Source: the human T2T-CHM13v2.0 reference genome, Homo sapiens. From it: a stretch of 64,000 nt of DNA. Where the stretch lies: assembly GCF_009914755.1 (NCBI RefSeq), contig NC_060928.1. The stretch is one strand, 5' to 3'. The translations under genes and the position numbers were made by a program. Below the pieces are notes generated by a model. That model ran no database searches, was not told where the DNA came from, and saw only the letters and a list, made by a program, of their open reading frames with translations. Below are positions 27,520 through 40,000 of this stretch, piece after piece. Each line of letters starts with the position of its first letter. The first letter of the stretch is position 1.

Positions 27520-27720
27520 AAATTAAATACCTACTGTGTGCTAAGAATGGTGCTAGGTACTAACGATTGAGAGATGAGAAAAACACATCCACGCCCTCAT
27601 GGTCTTGTGAGAACTAACGATTGAGAGATGAGAAAAACACATCCACGCCCTCATGGTCTTGTGAGAGGGAAAGACAGATAAGCAACCATTACAGCTGCAA
27701 GTAAGATCAGCTCTCTGGGC
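27520..27720 (-). mobile_element. L2 3' fragment containing a tandem duplication
   Basis: 'tacctactgtgtgctaag...tgctaggtact...gccctcatgg...aagacagataagcaa'. Confidence 0.65.
27559..27666. repeat. Perfect 54-bp tandem duplication
   Basis: actaacgattgagagatgagaaaaacacatccacgccctcatggtcttgtgaga occurs twice (27559-27612, 27613-27666). Confidence 0.97.
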
Positions 27721-28029
27721 AGGAGAATATGGCTGCACGACCCCAGGGATCCATCCAATCCCAACCCCCTGCCCCAACATAGCTTCAGCTCCAATAATCA
27801 CCATTCTTGTCACAGTGTCGTTGGAGAAGAGCAGCATGGAGACCCTGTCCCACCTTCAGTGGGTGCCACTAAAACAAGAGTATCATGGTGGTATTTAAAA
27901 TACAATAGTTTCTAAAATGTTTCACTTCAGTACAGACCACAGGACAGGGAACAATTCATGGTACCCTAAACTATAGATTCCTTTCTTTTTTTTCAGGCTC
28001 ATTTCCAAATCCAAATATCCATGGATACC

Positions 28030-28087
28030 TACACAACAGTGATGTCCACACAGACTAATACACAACACTGATGTCCACACAGGCTAA
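28030..28087. repeat. 29-bp tandem duplication with 2 mismatches
   Basis: tacacaacagtgatgtccacacagactaa / tacacaacactgatgtccacacaggctaa. Confidence 0.92.
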
Positions 28088-28774
28088 TAAACTCTCCTCA
28101 TCTAGACTTCAGTCACTGATTTGTATGAACAGAGAAATTTGGGGACAAGGGTCCTTCTGATCTAATAGCTCCTGAGGCCCTGTTTCTTCCAGGGTCCCCT
28201 TTGGAGGTAGGACAATCCCAGAGCAGCTGACATGTTAAGTCTTTCCGAATTGCATTTAACAGCAAAGAGATGCAAAACTACATCTTCTTTTAGAAGGCTT
28301 ACGGAGTGGGTGGGGATTGTATTTCTTGGACTTGGGCAGAAAGAGTGCTATCCGGGAACTTTTGATTTCCACCTCATTGGAAGACATCCTCAAATACTTC
28401 CAGTTGAGGTTCCATCTTCCTGGCAGGGATTGTGGGCTGCTTTTATTTATAGAGGAACGGCAGGGAGGCAAAGAGTGGGAGGCCTCTTCTCCAGAAGGCA
28501 GCCCACATGGAGCACAGATACAACACTTGTAGATACAACTTCCCAGCTAAAGCCGAGGCTGCCATCCCACTGAAAACAACACTGCGAATCAGGAGTGTGA
28601 ACAGATTTAGAAACCAAATTAAGCCAAGTCTGCCCTGGAGATGGTTGTTAAACCATAGTAAACATATCAAACCAGGGGCTTGAAATCATGCCACCTTGCC
28701 AGAAATTGCCCTGGCCTCACTGTTTGTTGCAATGATAAGCTCAGAGGCTCAAAAATGTTGACCAGCTGCAACAC

Positions 28775-28955
28775 CCCATGCGCTTCAATGTTTAAAACAA
28801 TTCTGCATGATATCACCATCATTCCCATTTTGCAGATGAGGACACCGAAGCATGGAAAAGTAGAATTAAGTTCCAAAACTTTTCATGGCTTTGAAAGGGG
28901 GAAGCCTTGGCCGAGTGGGTAGTTCCAGAGCCCTCTCCATTAGCCACACTCTCAA
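28775..28955 (-). mobile_element. MIR SINE
   Basis: 'cattcccattttgcagatgaggacaccgaagc'. Confidence 0.7.
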
Positions 28956-29299
28956 CTGCCTTCCCTTCTCAATCAGCTCCTCAACAAAAGACTCAAGGTG
29001 GTATCCGCACCTGGCACCAGATTAAAGACTCACTTCAGGGACTTCTGCAACCCATATCCCAGATGCTGATAATATAGAGATCCACCCAAAACGAATGGAA
29101 ATGTGGAGCCTGAAGGTGTGTAGGATACAGAAAAGCACGAAAGAGCACCCAGGACAGAGAGCAGAGCCCTCCAACACAGAGCCCTCGGGCTCACAGCTGC
29201 TGCAAGAAGCACTAGTCTCTCCTTCTGGTCCAATGAGTACTCACAAAGTTGTTTTGCTTTTAAGATGCGCTTAATGCCTTCTTCCAAAAAAAAAAAAAA

Positions 29300-29950
29300 A
29301 AAAGCCTCGTCAGTATAAAATGAACCGGAATTATAGCTGCCGCTTTGATGCTGTGTGTTATTTTTGGCTGAGTGTCCTGCTCTTCTGGAGGCTGTTGGTA
29401 GGGTGCTGAAGCCTACTCTAGTAACACAGGCTGACTGCTGTCCCCAAAGGACCCCGAGGAAAACAAGAGGAACTATCTCGCAGTCTTCAGCAGACAGGGG
29501 AGGTTTAACATAAATAAACTCCCACTTAACGTTTTCTCCAAAAAGCATCCATTCATTATCTTTATTTCCAACACAGTATTTATGAATTTCCTTTCAGCCG
29601 GGCCCGTCAGGCCAAACGTCACCACTCCGTGGTGAAACATCGTGTGCATTTTCTTTTCCTCCTAGGAAGATTAAGGCTGATGAATAAAAGAAAGGGGGAT
29701 GTGGCCCCTATATTTAGCTCTCCTCACAACATCATGTCTCACAGGTATTAAAAATAGACTCAAATCACTTGAAGACATTCTGAAAAATCAAAGACAGAAT
29801 AGCTTTCCAAGAGGAAGTTTTACATGTTTTCTGCTTTCTTCCTAGTTGAGTTCCGCTAGTGAGATGTTTAAGCAGCAAAAGCTCCTTAACAGTAGAGTGG
29901 GCGCCCTCTTCGTGGAGGCCAGGCCCGGGTGGCTATAGGGGTTTATCACA
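29300..29950. promoter_or_regulatory. Candidate enhancer (CpG-enriched, paired MEF2 sites)
   Basis: Unique sequence with locally frequent CpGs; CTATATTTAG 29708-29717 and TTAAAAATAG 29748-29757 match MEF2 YTAWWWWTAR; CTTTGAT TCF/LEF site near 29343. Function is inferred only. Confidence 0.35.
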
Positions 29951-30134
29951 TACTTTATCTCCTACTCATCCTTCTTGCAGCTTCAGTGCTTTGTGGACTG
30001 TATTTTAAGAGAGATCTGTGCAGGTCCTTGGTAAAAAGTGTGAAATAGGCTGTGTGGAAAATTCTCCTCTGTCAACAACCTTTCCCCCACTTGGGCTCTG
30101 ACACTCCCAAGGTCCCTGTCAGAGAGAAATCAGC

Positions 30135-30400
30135 TCAGATTCAATTCACTGAACAAATACGTGTTATTTGTGATCTGCCAGGCACAGTGCCAGGCAAAGC
30201 AAAGGGAGAAGAGGGAAGCAAAGGATGGACCGTCCTTGTTAGAGTGGTAATTCCACAAGGAAGTAGAGCTTCCAGAGGACTGTGGGCAACACAATTCAGA
30301 GAGAGAGCTGACATCTCATTGGAAGGAATCAGAAGGAACATCAAACTGGAGGAAGCATGTGAATCAGACAATAAAGACAAAAGCAGGAATGGGGCTGTTT
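30135..30400 (-). mobile_element. L2 LINE 3' fragment
   Basis: 'attcaattcactgaacaaatac...tgccaggcacagtgccaggc'. Confidence 0.6.
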
Positions 30401-30569
30401 GTATACCTGTGACGAGATGTGGAAGAAGGTCAACAATTAGCTTGGTGCAACGCCTCTCCCCAAAAATATATGCCCAGTAAACCCTGAGGAAAAAGCCTTT
30501 TACAGCTAAAGAAAGGAATCTGCAGATGGAGAAATCACACGGTACTTAAAAATGTAGCCTCTTTCAAAT

Positions 30570-30750
30570 ACTGCAGTTCACCAGCTGTGTAACTTTGGGC
30601 AATTTACTTCCCTTCCCTGAGCCTCAATTTCATCATCTGGAAAATGGGGATCATACTTCACTGGGCTGATGTGCATATTAAATCACAGTGTGAACATGCA
30701 ACGCCCATGTATGGCACGTGGTTCAAGGTGAGCACTCAATGAATGGGTGT
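30570..30750 (+). mobile_element. MIR SINE
   Basis: 'agctgtgtaactttgggcaatttactt...gagcctcaatttcatcatctggaaaatgggga'. Confidence 0.8.
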
Positions 30751-31181
30751 AACTCACTCATGTGGGAGCTATTTACATTGGAACATGTTTCTAATATGCC
30801 TCGAGTCACACACAACACCCATTCTTCTGGCAGAAAGGCTTGATTAACACTAGAGCACAGTGAAGGTAAGATAGTGTGGACTTTGCTTATAGAATTGTGT
30901 AATTTTCAGACTTCTTCATGGTTTATCCCACGTTACAGAGGAAGAAAACAGCCACCACCAGTTTCCAATGACCCAAGCAAATACACAACCTTGAAAAAGC
31001 AAACCTTCTAATGGGACTTTATTTCAATCCTTGACTTGGCAGCTCATCACACTTTAGGATCACTGGTGAAAAGCTAGGGGGAGGTATTTTCCAACCTAAG
31101 GTAAGAGATAAAAGGGCCTGAGGACGTTAAAAGTGAGGGAATGGAAATAGCAGGGGCGAAAATCAATGTTTATGAAATAGT

Positions 31182-31345
31182 CCAGTGTTTCTCAAATCTT
31201 CCTGTTCACACAGATCTTCTGGGTATCTTGTTTCAATGCAGACTCTGATTCAGTATGTCTGGAGTCGTGCCCAGAACTCTGCATTCTCATAAGCTCCTCC
31301 ATGATGCCTATGTTACTCGTCCATGGACCACCCTTATATAATAAG
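31182..31345. mobile_element. MER5A/B DNA transposon
   Basis: 'cagtgtttctcaaa...atgcagactctgattcagtatgtctgg...ctctgcattctcataagctc...ggaccaccctt'. Confidence 0.8.
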
Positions 31346-32252
31346 CGAATGGTGTTTGTGTAGAGCCTAAGAAAGGGTTGAGTGGTGGAACCAGGAAATC
31401 CCCAAATAAAGGAAGAGAGGCTTGAAAGAAGAGTGATATCCAAACAAGATGGCAAGAAGACTAGATGATTTGAGGAGCAGCCAAGCCGGAGATGTAAATA
31501 CAGAGACATGGTGTCCAAGGGGAAGGTTTTCGGAGAAGAGGCCCCAGCTCACGAAGTTCCAGTGCATTACTCACTTTGGCTGTGAGTCACTCACAGCCTT
31601 TTAGAATTGTTGACGGCAAACATTTTGGAGAGTGCTGCAATAAAGGAATGTGCTCACAGCCATTAACTATGAAGCACTAACTCATTTCAGCAGCCTGACA
31701 CAAATTATGCTACGCAGTTGAAAAATAGCTATTGATCAGTCCCTTCTTTCTGGTGCCTTCCAATATCCCAGATCAGCACTTCCATTCGTTTCCCCGCCCC
31801 CGGATGCCCTCACACACCTAGTTAGATCCTGCCCAAGCCAAAAAAAGATGCCCGCAGACTTTATTTTCTTCCAGATTTTGCCTTTAATAAAGCAAGCCCA
31901 GAAAGAGGCAAACCGAAAGATGCCTCCTTTAAGTTTCTCCATGTATCTGTTTCTTATGAATTTCCCAGTCTTTTTTTCTTCTATACTCATTATAGACACA
32001 AAGGCAACAATCAACTGATCTATCATTTCCTGGGCTAGAAGATAAGAAATGAAGAGGGCATGAAAAGGACAGAATATGAAATTAGGTTTTAAAGAATTGA
32101 ACCTGATTCAGGGGCAGGTCGAATGGCAACACTTTGAGCACCTTCAAGTAGCAACTTGAGCCTCAACAGAAAAAGGAAGCCCAGGGTCTTTCAAGAATCG
32201 TCCCTAGTTTCCTTCTTAATCTCAAGAGAAACTAAAGAGGCATGTAGATCTT

Positions 32253-32690
32253 CTATGGCAGACTGATTACAAAGAAGTCCCCGATTCTCTGTCCCTCCCT
32301 GTATCTATTTCCTTTGCCATGTGACTCTGCAATGACTCCCACCATATGAGGTAGTTTAGTTGGTTTCCCCACCCTTTGAATCTCAGCTGCCTTGTCCCTT
32401 GCTTTAGCCAATAGACTGTGGCAAAAGTGCCTTGTCCCTTGCTTCGGTCAATAGTCTTAAAGCAAAGCCAAGGGCATCCTTGCTCACATGACCTGCCAGC
32501 CCCCAGCTGACCCACCAGCTGGCTCAGATGCAAGAGTGAGCCCAGCTGAGATCAGCAGAGCCTGGCCTAGCAGCAGAACTGCACAGAAAACCCTTAGATC
32601 ATGAGCAATAATAAATGGTGGTTGCTTCAAGCCATTAAGTTTTAGAGTGCTTTGTGATATAGCATTATTTGGCAAAAAATAACTGATATA
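32253..32690 (+). mobile_element. MLT1H-like MaLR LTR with internal deletion
   Basis: 'ccctccctgtatc...gccatgtgact...gagtgagcccagctgagatcagcagag...catgagcaataataaatggtggttgcttcaagcca...aactgatata'. Confidence 0.8.
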
Positions 32691-33319
32691 GCTTCCTCTG
32701 GAAAAGCCATGATAAAAAGGCCAGGTATACAAATACTTCCAACAGGGCATTGGTTTTCCTCTGTTCAAAATTATTAATGAACACAAATACATTGTAATAG
32801 CATAATTGCATCATTTATAAACACAAAAACACATTAGGAAATTGGATAATAAAAGCACATTGCTATATTACTTTTCATTTTGCAAATGGTTGAATCTGTT
32901 AATTAATATACTGTATTCACTTGTGTAACTTTTTAAAGTTTTCTAGACTTCAAATTGAGTCAATCATTTCTTCTTTTGTGCATTCATTTGTTGAAGATTA
33001 TAATGAACCGAGTTGTGAGTTGGGTACAATAGTAGCTCTGAAGATGAATAACACATTGATCCCTGATCTCAAATGACTTCCGTCTAGTAGGGTTGACAAA
33101 GACACATACTCCAAGACTCTTAATGAATGGCAGTGGGTATGTCAGTTTCTTTCTGTCATCCCTATTATTTTCGATCTGACTCACCTTACCAGGTCCAGAT
33201 GAAATAGTCTTTTCTCTTTCACATCTTCTTTACTACCAGCCTTATTTTTTCCCCAGCTATAAGTAGACCTTCTCAGCTTCAAAAACACAATTTGGAAGTG
33301 TAGAGCATGTTCAGACAAT

Positions 33320-33720
33320 AATCTAGGTCAGTCACAAAATTTAAGGTTAGAAGGAAAGCTTAATACTGGATAGATTATGAAGGGCCTTGAATATCAGTTG
33401 TAGTGTGTACAGTTGGTTCTGCAGGCAATAGGGAGCCATGGAGGACTTCTGAGAGAGGGAGTGAAGTAATCAAAGCTATCATTTAGAAGGATGATTGGCT
33501 TCAAGCCTTTGCTATAGGATCATGGAAACCCAGGGTGATAGAGTTTCAGAATGGATGAGACTGTCAATTGTAGATGCTGCATAGAGATTAAAGAGGATGA
33601 AAAATTTATTAGGTTTGCCAAGTAGATAGCCACTGGTGACACTGGAAGGAAAAAATTCAATAGAAGACAAAAAGGGAAGGAAATAGAGCAGGTGGGATAA
33701 GACTGTCCTCTACTTCAAAT
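33320..33720 (-). mobile_element. L2 LINE fragment
   Basis: 'agattatgaagggccttgaata...gcaggcaatagggagccatggaggactt...atttagaaggat'. Confidence 0.7.
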
Positions 33721-34214
33721 TTTTCTATGGAGAAGGCAGTTGTGATTGACTGTTTACAAGGAGAATTTGAGGATGCACAGCCTCTGATGGAAGATTAGAG
33801 TCAGTCTCTTTCCCATATGCCTAAATTGCCTTGGTTAGCTTAAAAAAGCTAAGAAGTTCTAGTATTTCTCCAAGTGCCTTAGAGGGTGCTCCTGTGAGAG
33901 AAGAGAGGGTTGAGGTCTCAAGGGACATATGCTGAGAGTATCCAGACATCTTCCTCCCATTTCAACAAGCTTAATCCCAATTATCTTCCTTATGTACAAG
34001 TGTTCCTAGCTGAATTTCACTGGGAAAAACTAGGGTTTCTTCTATTGATTAAAAAATAATTTTATTAATTTTAAAACCATTAGGCCAAATAATTTCCACA
34101 ATCCACTCTAGTTCTAAGATTAAGTTCTAATAATAAGTATTATTATACTATACTAATTATCTTTCAATACTTAGAATGAGAAGAAAATCAGGAGGTGGGC
34201 ACCTAACATCTCTT

Positions 34215-34420
34215 GAGCCTATTATATATAGGTTAGCCAATGTGCTGTATCCTGTCCATCCATGGACCACGCATTGAATTCACAACACAGCTCTCTGCAG
34301 GAGGAATCATTATCCTCATTCTGCAGATGAGGAAATTGAGGCCCAGAAAGATCAAATAACTTGTACAAGATCTCAGCGCTGAATCCAGAGCCTGGACTCT
34401 TGACCAGTAAGTCACAGCTG
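34215..34420 (-). mobile_element. MIR SINE
   Basis: 'attatcctcattctgcagatgaggaaattgaggcccaga...aataacttg'. Confidence 0.8.
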
Positions 34421-34688
34421 TGCACATTTTCATGAACACCCAGTGGAGCCTGGGGTTCATCCATGAGTTCCCAAGGTTCACTGAATTTGAATTTCTGGGA
34501 GCACATACAGCAGTAACTTTGGCCAGAAGATGCTGCTAAACTTAGGGGAAAAAAAAGGATGTGTTGAGAGAAAAAGATGGGAAGAGGAAGATTTAAAATA
34601 CTGGAAAGAATTAGAAAAAAGTACTAGTGAACTTTTGGACCTTGGAAATATTGGTAAAAACAAATCCTAATGTGGGAGCTATAAAAAT

Positions 34689-34749
34689 CACACACACACA
34701 CACACACACACCACACACACACACACACCACACACACACACACACACAC
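34689..34749. repeat. Interrupted (CA)n microsatellite
   Basis: CA runs broken by two 'cc' steps. Confidence 0.95.
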
Positions 34750-34889
34750 CTGAGACCATAAATGCCATTGCTAGAAAGGATATGTAGGTAACAGAAAAGG
34801 CATTTTTTTACCCTAGGCTGAAATTGATTTTCATTTGGAAAATTGAAACTTATTGGTAATAATTAATTATTAAAATATGGCCCCCAGCA

Positions 34890-34987
34890 GGCCTTGTCTA
34901 GTCTGCTTTATTTAAAATTTCACATTTCCCCAACTCCTTATACCCCCTCTACTTTATTTCTCTCCATAGCACTTAACACCATTTCAT

Positions 34988-35034
<47 letters not shown>

Positions 35035-35210
35035 TTATTCGTTTGCTTATCACCTCTCTCCATAAGAATGCAACTTCTGTGGATTGGGGGTTGTGGGTGG
35101 GAAGGAGGCTTAGCATTATTTTTGTGGTTATTCACTTGGTATCTCTAGCATCTACCATAATATCTGGCTCCTAGGAGGCACTGGATAAATATTTGTTGAA
35201 CAAATGAATG
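34890..35210 (+). mobile_element. L2 3' end containing (CA)n at 34991-35032
   Basis: 'tctccatagcacttaacacc...gtatctctagcatcta...ataaatatttgttgaacaaatgaatg'. Confidence 0.8.
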
Positions 35211-36394
35211 TGTTACTTCATCATGGTATTTATGGAATAAGCTTTCATATCTATTCATTCCCATCCCAACTTACGGCATCTGAAATGTTAGAGTCTCCAT
35301 CAATTACAAGTCTATTTAGCATTTATATGGCACTTCATATTTAAAACTCACTGTTCAATTATTGATCCCTACAATCGACCTTGAAAATAGATCCTGAGTA
35401 GTAGAGTGTCCCACACCACTTTCCCTTCCTAGGCTTCCCCATGGTTGTAAGCAAAGGGCTAGGAAGGAGGAACAAGTTCAAGGATGAGGGGCAGGGAGGC
35501 AAGGCATGTGTTCTTGAAAATGCGTTCCGTGGTCTACCTTTGCTTCCTTAGAAGTGGTGGAGCAGAGCCAAGATCCTGTCCTCCAGCTACTGCAGATGGG
35601 CTCAGCATCCCCACAGAGGAGGTGGAGAAGAAAGAAACCCCAGGAGCCTAGAGAGGAAGTGAGGCATGAGGGGAGGAGGAACCCCCAGCAGCCATCCTCC
35701 AGCAGGGGTCTCTGACTCTGCCCTATGAGCTCTCCATCTTTTTACAGGTGAAGACCAGACTGTGCTTCCTTCCACGTGACTTATTTGCCCTGCTCCAGTG
35801 CTCAGCTGTCTACCACAGCAAGCCTGAACTCCTTGGCCTGAATTCCAGTGCCCTCACCTAGCCATCTGGTCTACCCTACCCATTTCGAGCCCAACTTAGC
35901 CTTAGGTAAGAAGATCAATGGACACATTGTGTATGGAGATAACCCAAATGTAGTTTAAAACACCACCAGATTTTAACTTAAGAGCTCAATAAGCTATGCT
36001 TCACTTATAAATATCTCAACCCGTGGTTTTTAGGATGAGGTTGCCCTGAGCAACTCAGATGAAATCAGATAGATACCTGAATTGCAATACTAAACAAACA
36101 CCTGTCTAAATCACTTAATTTAGTGCTGTGGGACTTAAAAGTCTCAGCTCCTACTCTACCAACTCCTGTCCCAGCTCTGCAAGAAAGATCACCAAATGAT
36201 CAACAGGAAAATAATCAACAGGAAAGAAGGCCCAGGTGTTGGTAGCCAAATAGGCATCTGGGGACACAGCAAGAAACACAAGTAAAAACAATGAGGTCCT
36301 TTTCATGAACTTGGTACAATAATGGCCATTTTTGGAAAATTTCAAACATACAAGGTGCAAAAAAAGTTTTTCTTGATGTAAAAGGAAAGAGAAC

Positions 36395-36635
36395 TAACAC
36401 TTGACAGGCACATTAAACATCTCCAATGTGCCCAGCACTATGCAAGCTCGGCACATTCATCATCTTAAACTTCTCAAGAACCCAATGAGATATACGTTGT
36501 ATCTATCTTCATTTTCAAAAGGGAAGCTGAAAAAGGCTCAGAAATGTATACTACCTTGCTTAAGGTCCTACAGTTAAAACATGAAAGAAACATGTCTGAA
36601 AACCAGGCCTTCTGACTTTTAAGCCCAGTACTAGA
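36395..36635 (-). mobile_element. MIR SINE
   Basis: 'aatgtgcccagcactatgc...aacccaatgagata...aggctcaga...ttgcttaaggtcctacag'. Confidence 0.7.
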
Positions 36636-37412
36636 TATTCTGGTAGGTCATTCTACATAAATAACTTAAATACTGTTTTATTTCACACTGACTTTGATTT
36701 TTTGATCATTTCTTATTTTAGCAGCTACACAGAGAAGGCATTTTAAGATATTTAATCTCTCTTTGTTGTTTCTCTGAGGTCACACATCTTGCATTGCCCT
36801 AGGGAGATTATTGCAAACGTTACTTATTACAATACTGTTTGAACTCTGTGTATTTATTAAACACCTATTGATTGTTAATTGAGATTCCTAGTTGATGAAA
36901 TGAGTGGGAGAGCCAGCTTTCTTTCTTCAGTGTTGTGTATATTGACTTCATTATTTGAAGCCTTCATCTCAGACTCATGAACATTCTCCAGACATACTTG
37001 ATTCAAAGACATGTTCTCTCTATTGGGGTTTCTAATCTTCGGTAGGTCATACATTATATACACATAGCTAGTAAATACATTTAAAAAGATATTTTTTGAC
37101 ACACATTAATTCATACTGCATGATACTTCCTGCAAGAAACTTCCAAACAACTAACTTGCTACCAGATTGTTAATAAAAATGTTGTGGAAACTGTTTCTAA
37201 AGGATGGCAATTAGCTACAATGATTAGACAAAACATGGTTTCACATTAAATTAAATTGATATTTAAATGTAATTGTTTTTAGCTCCGTGGTGTCAAGGTA
37301 CTACATAAATCCATTATTACTACTATTTAACAGCAGTAGTAACAGCCGCAATAACTCAACCAAATTTTCCAAGATTGTAAATTGCACTGCCCTAAAGAAG
37401 CTAATTGCATGC

Positions 37413-37489
37413 TTAGGAGGTGGGTTAACTCTTTCAAGCCACTTAGGAATGTTTAATGATAGTTCTTGAAAGAGTTAATTGCCTTCTAA
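37413..37489. repeat. Inverted repeat (hairpin) with a perfect 14-bp core
   Basis: ttaactctttcaag (37425-37438) and cttgaaagagttaa (37465-37478); extends about 11 further pairs including G.U. Confidence 0.85.
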
Positions 37490-37849
37490 AACGGCTCCCA
37501 GTGGAGACAGTCAACACACATGCGCACGTGCACACATATAGCCACACATATATAGCTCTGAAGAAACATATTTACACTTAGCTACATTAACTCTGCCCAA
37601 ATAGTTTTACTTCATTTACAACTAACTGAAATGTCAACACATTATTAAGAGAACTATTAACAACTCAGATATGAAGTTATTCTTGACTTTAGACAAAATA
37701 AACAAACAATAGAATAAAGCCTTTGGAAGACAGTAGTAGGCTTTGCTCTGAGGAAAGATTAGAGAAGTAGAATGATTTCTAAATGGGTAGAGTCTGTCCA
37801 TTCTGCTTTGCCTAAATCTGAATTAAAACCTCTAAGTCAGGAATGACAA

Positions 37850-38165
37850 GCTCCAAAGTTTTCATTGTCAGCCAAGGAATATAAATGACTCAAGTAGTGC
37901 CAATGTAAGACAGTAGGGAATGGTAGTGATTGTGGCAAACTGAAGAGGGCATGCCTTATCTAAAGAAGTTAGGGTTTCTTAGCTTCAGATAGTTATTGCA
38001 GTGTGGGAATGTGGACCCAGACTTTCTACATTTTTCTATTTTTTACAGAAAAGCCAGAAATCTGAAATTTTTTTTATATCTCTTTATTTTTAAAACACCA
38101 TGTACACCCTAAAAAATGTGAAGCAGGCTGAATTTTACCACAAGCCTCAAGTTTGCTCCTCTGCC
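37850..38165 (+). mobile_element. MER102-like hAT-Charlie DNA transposon
   Basis: 'tagggaatggtagtgattgtggcaaactgaagagggcatgcc...gggaatgtggacccag...aagccagaaatctg...agtttgctcctctg'. Confidence 0.7.
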
Positions 38166-38972
38166 CTAAATGGTTTCTGACATCAAGACTAAGTTGGCAA
38201 GTAGGCCATTTGTAGATGTACACCTAGGAGTTATTTATGTCATTTTGTCTTGGAAATGTAGCCAAATACAGGGCTATCTGCTTCCAAGAGGAAAAAAGAA
38301 ATAGACAACATCAATGCCATGATCATTCATCACTGTTAATGTGGTTGATGATTTCTTTGGCTTCTCCTGCTTTTTGCTGTAGTGATCTCACCCTGGATGC
38401 ATCACTTGAAGTCATTGGTGACATAATTCCAATAGCAATCTCATCAAAACCAGCCACCCAATTCATCCACAAATTTAAATGTGCTCATTATCAAGTGTGG
38501 CAAAAGAACGTCGAGACCCATCTCTTGCCCTATCACCACTTCTTTCTCAATCAGAGACCACGCTATGGCTAGATGTGTCACTGGCAGCTATGGGAAGCCG
38601 GGCCAAGAGAAGCTGTCAAAAACAACTCCTAAGAGAATAACGGAAATTTCTTTCAATGAGAAAGCTGCAGAAAGGGCTACTGTGTTTAATATAGATGTTA
38701 GATAGATATAAAATGCTCAAATCCCATTTTATTCCAGAAAACTTCCTTGCTTCTCCCACCTCTGAACTTCCAGGTACACACTTTCTTTCTTTACTTACAA
38801 TGACTTGGGCATATATATAATTTCCAAAATATATTAGGGTTCCTTTTAGAGCACAATCCATGTCTGATTTATTTATCTCTCTATCTCACAAAACAATTGA
38901 TATGTACCCAGCAAGTGGCAGCCATGCTTCACACGTTCAGTAGGTGAGTAGGTAAATGAAGAGAAATGAAGA

Positions 38973-39010
38973 GATGGATGGATGGATGCATGGATGGATG
39001 GATGGATGGA
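38973..39010. repeat. (GGAT)n tetranucleotide repeat at an L2 tail
   Basis: Direct observation. Confidence 0.9.
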
Positions 39011-39149
39011 AATGGAAAGGATAGATGGGAACAACCTCCTTTATTTTAGCCCAGAGACAGTGATCACAAGTGCAACTAGTAGAAATATTTACTGTGAACA
39101 AACTGTCTTATAAATTGCTTTGTGGCTAACAAGGGAGACAACCAATATT

Positions 39150-40000
<851 letters not shown>

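Noticed and set aside
27559-28087. Direct repeats considered as a CRISPR-like array
   Set aside because: Only two adjacent copies each, with no spacers, in a mammalian repeat context.
29030-29548. Longest ORF (172 aa, minus strand)
   Set aside because: It runs through a poly-T tract (FFFFF), has a non-ATG start and no recognisable domain; its length is within chance expectation for 64 kb.
29897-29922. CTCF-like motif (minus strand ccacgaagagggcgc)
   Set aside because: Its spacing deviates from the core consensus by one base; too weak without ChIP data.
38237-38705. 111-aa and 74-aa plus-strand ORFs in unique-looking sequence
   Set aside because: No recognisable protein similarity or splice context; possibly an old repeat I cannot identify.
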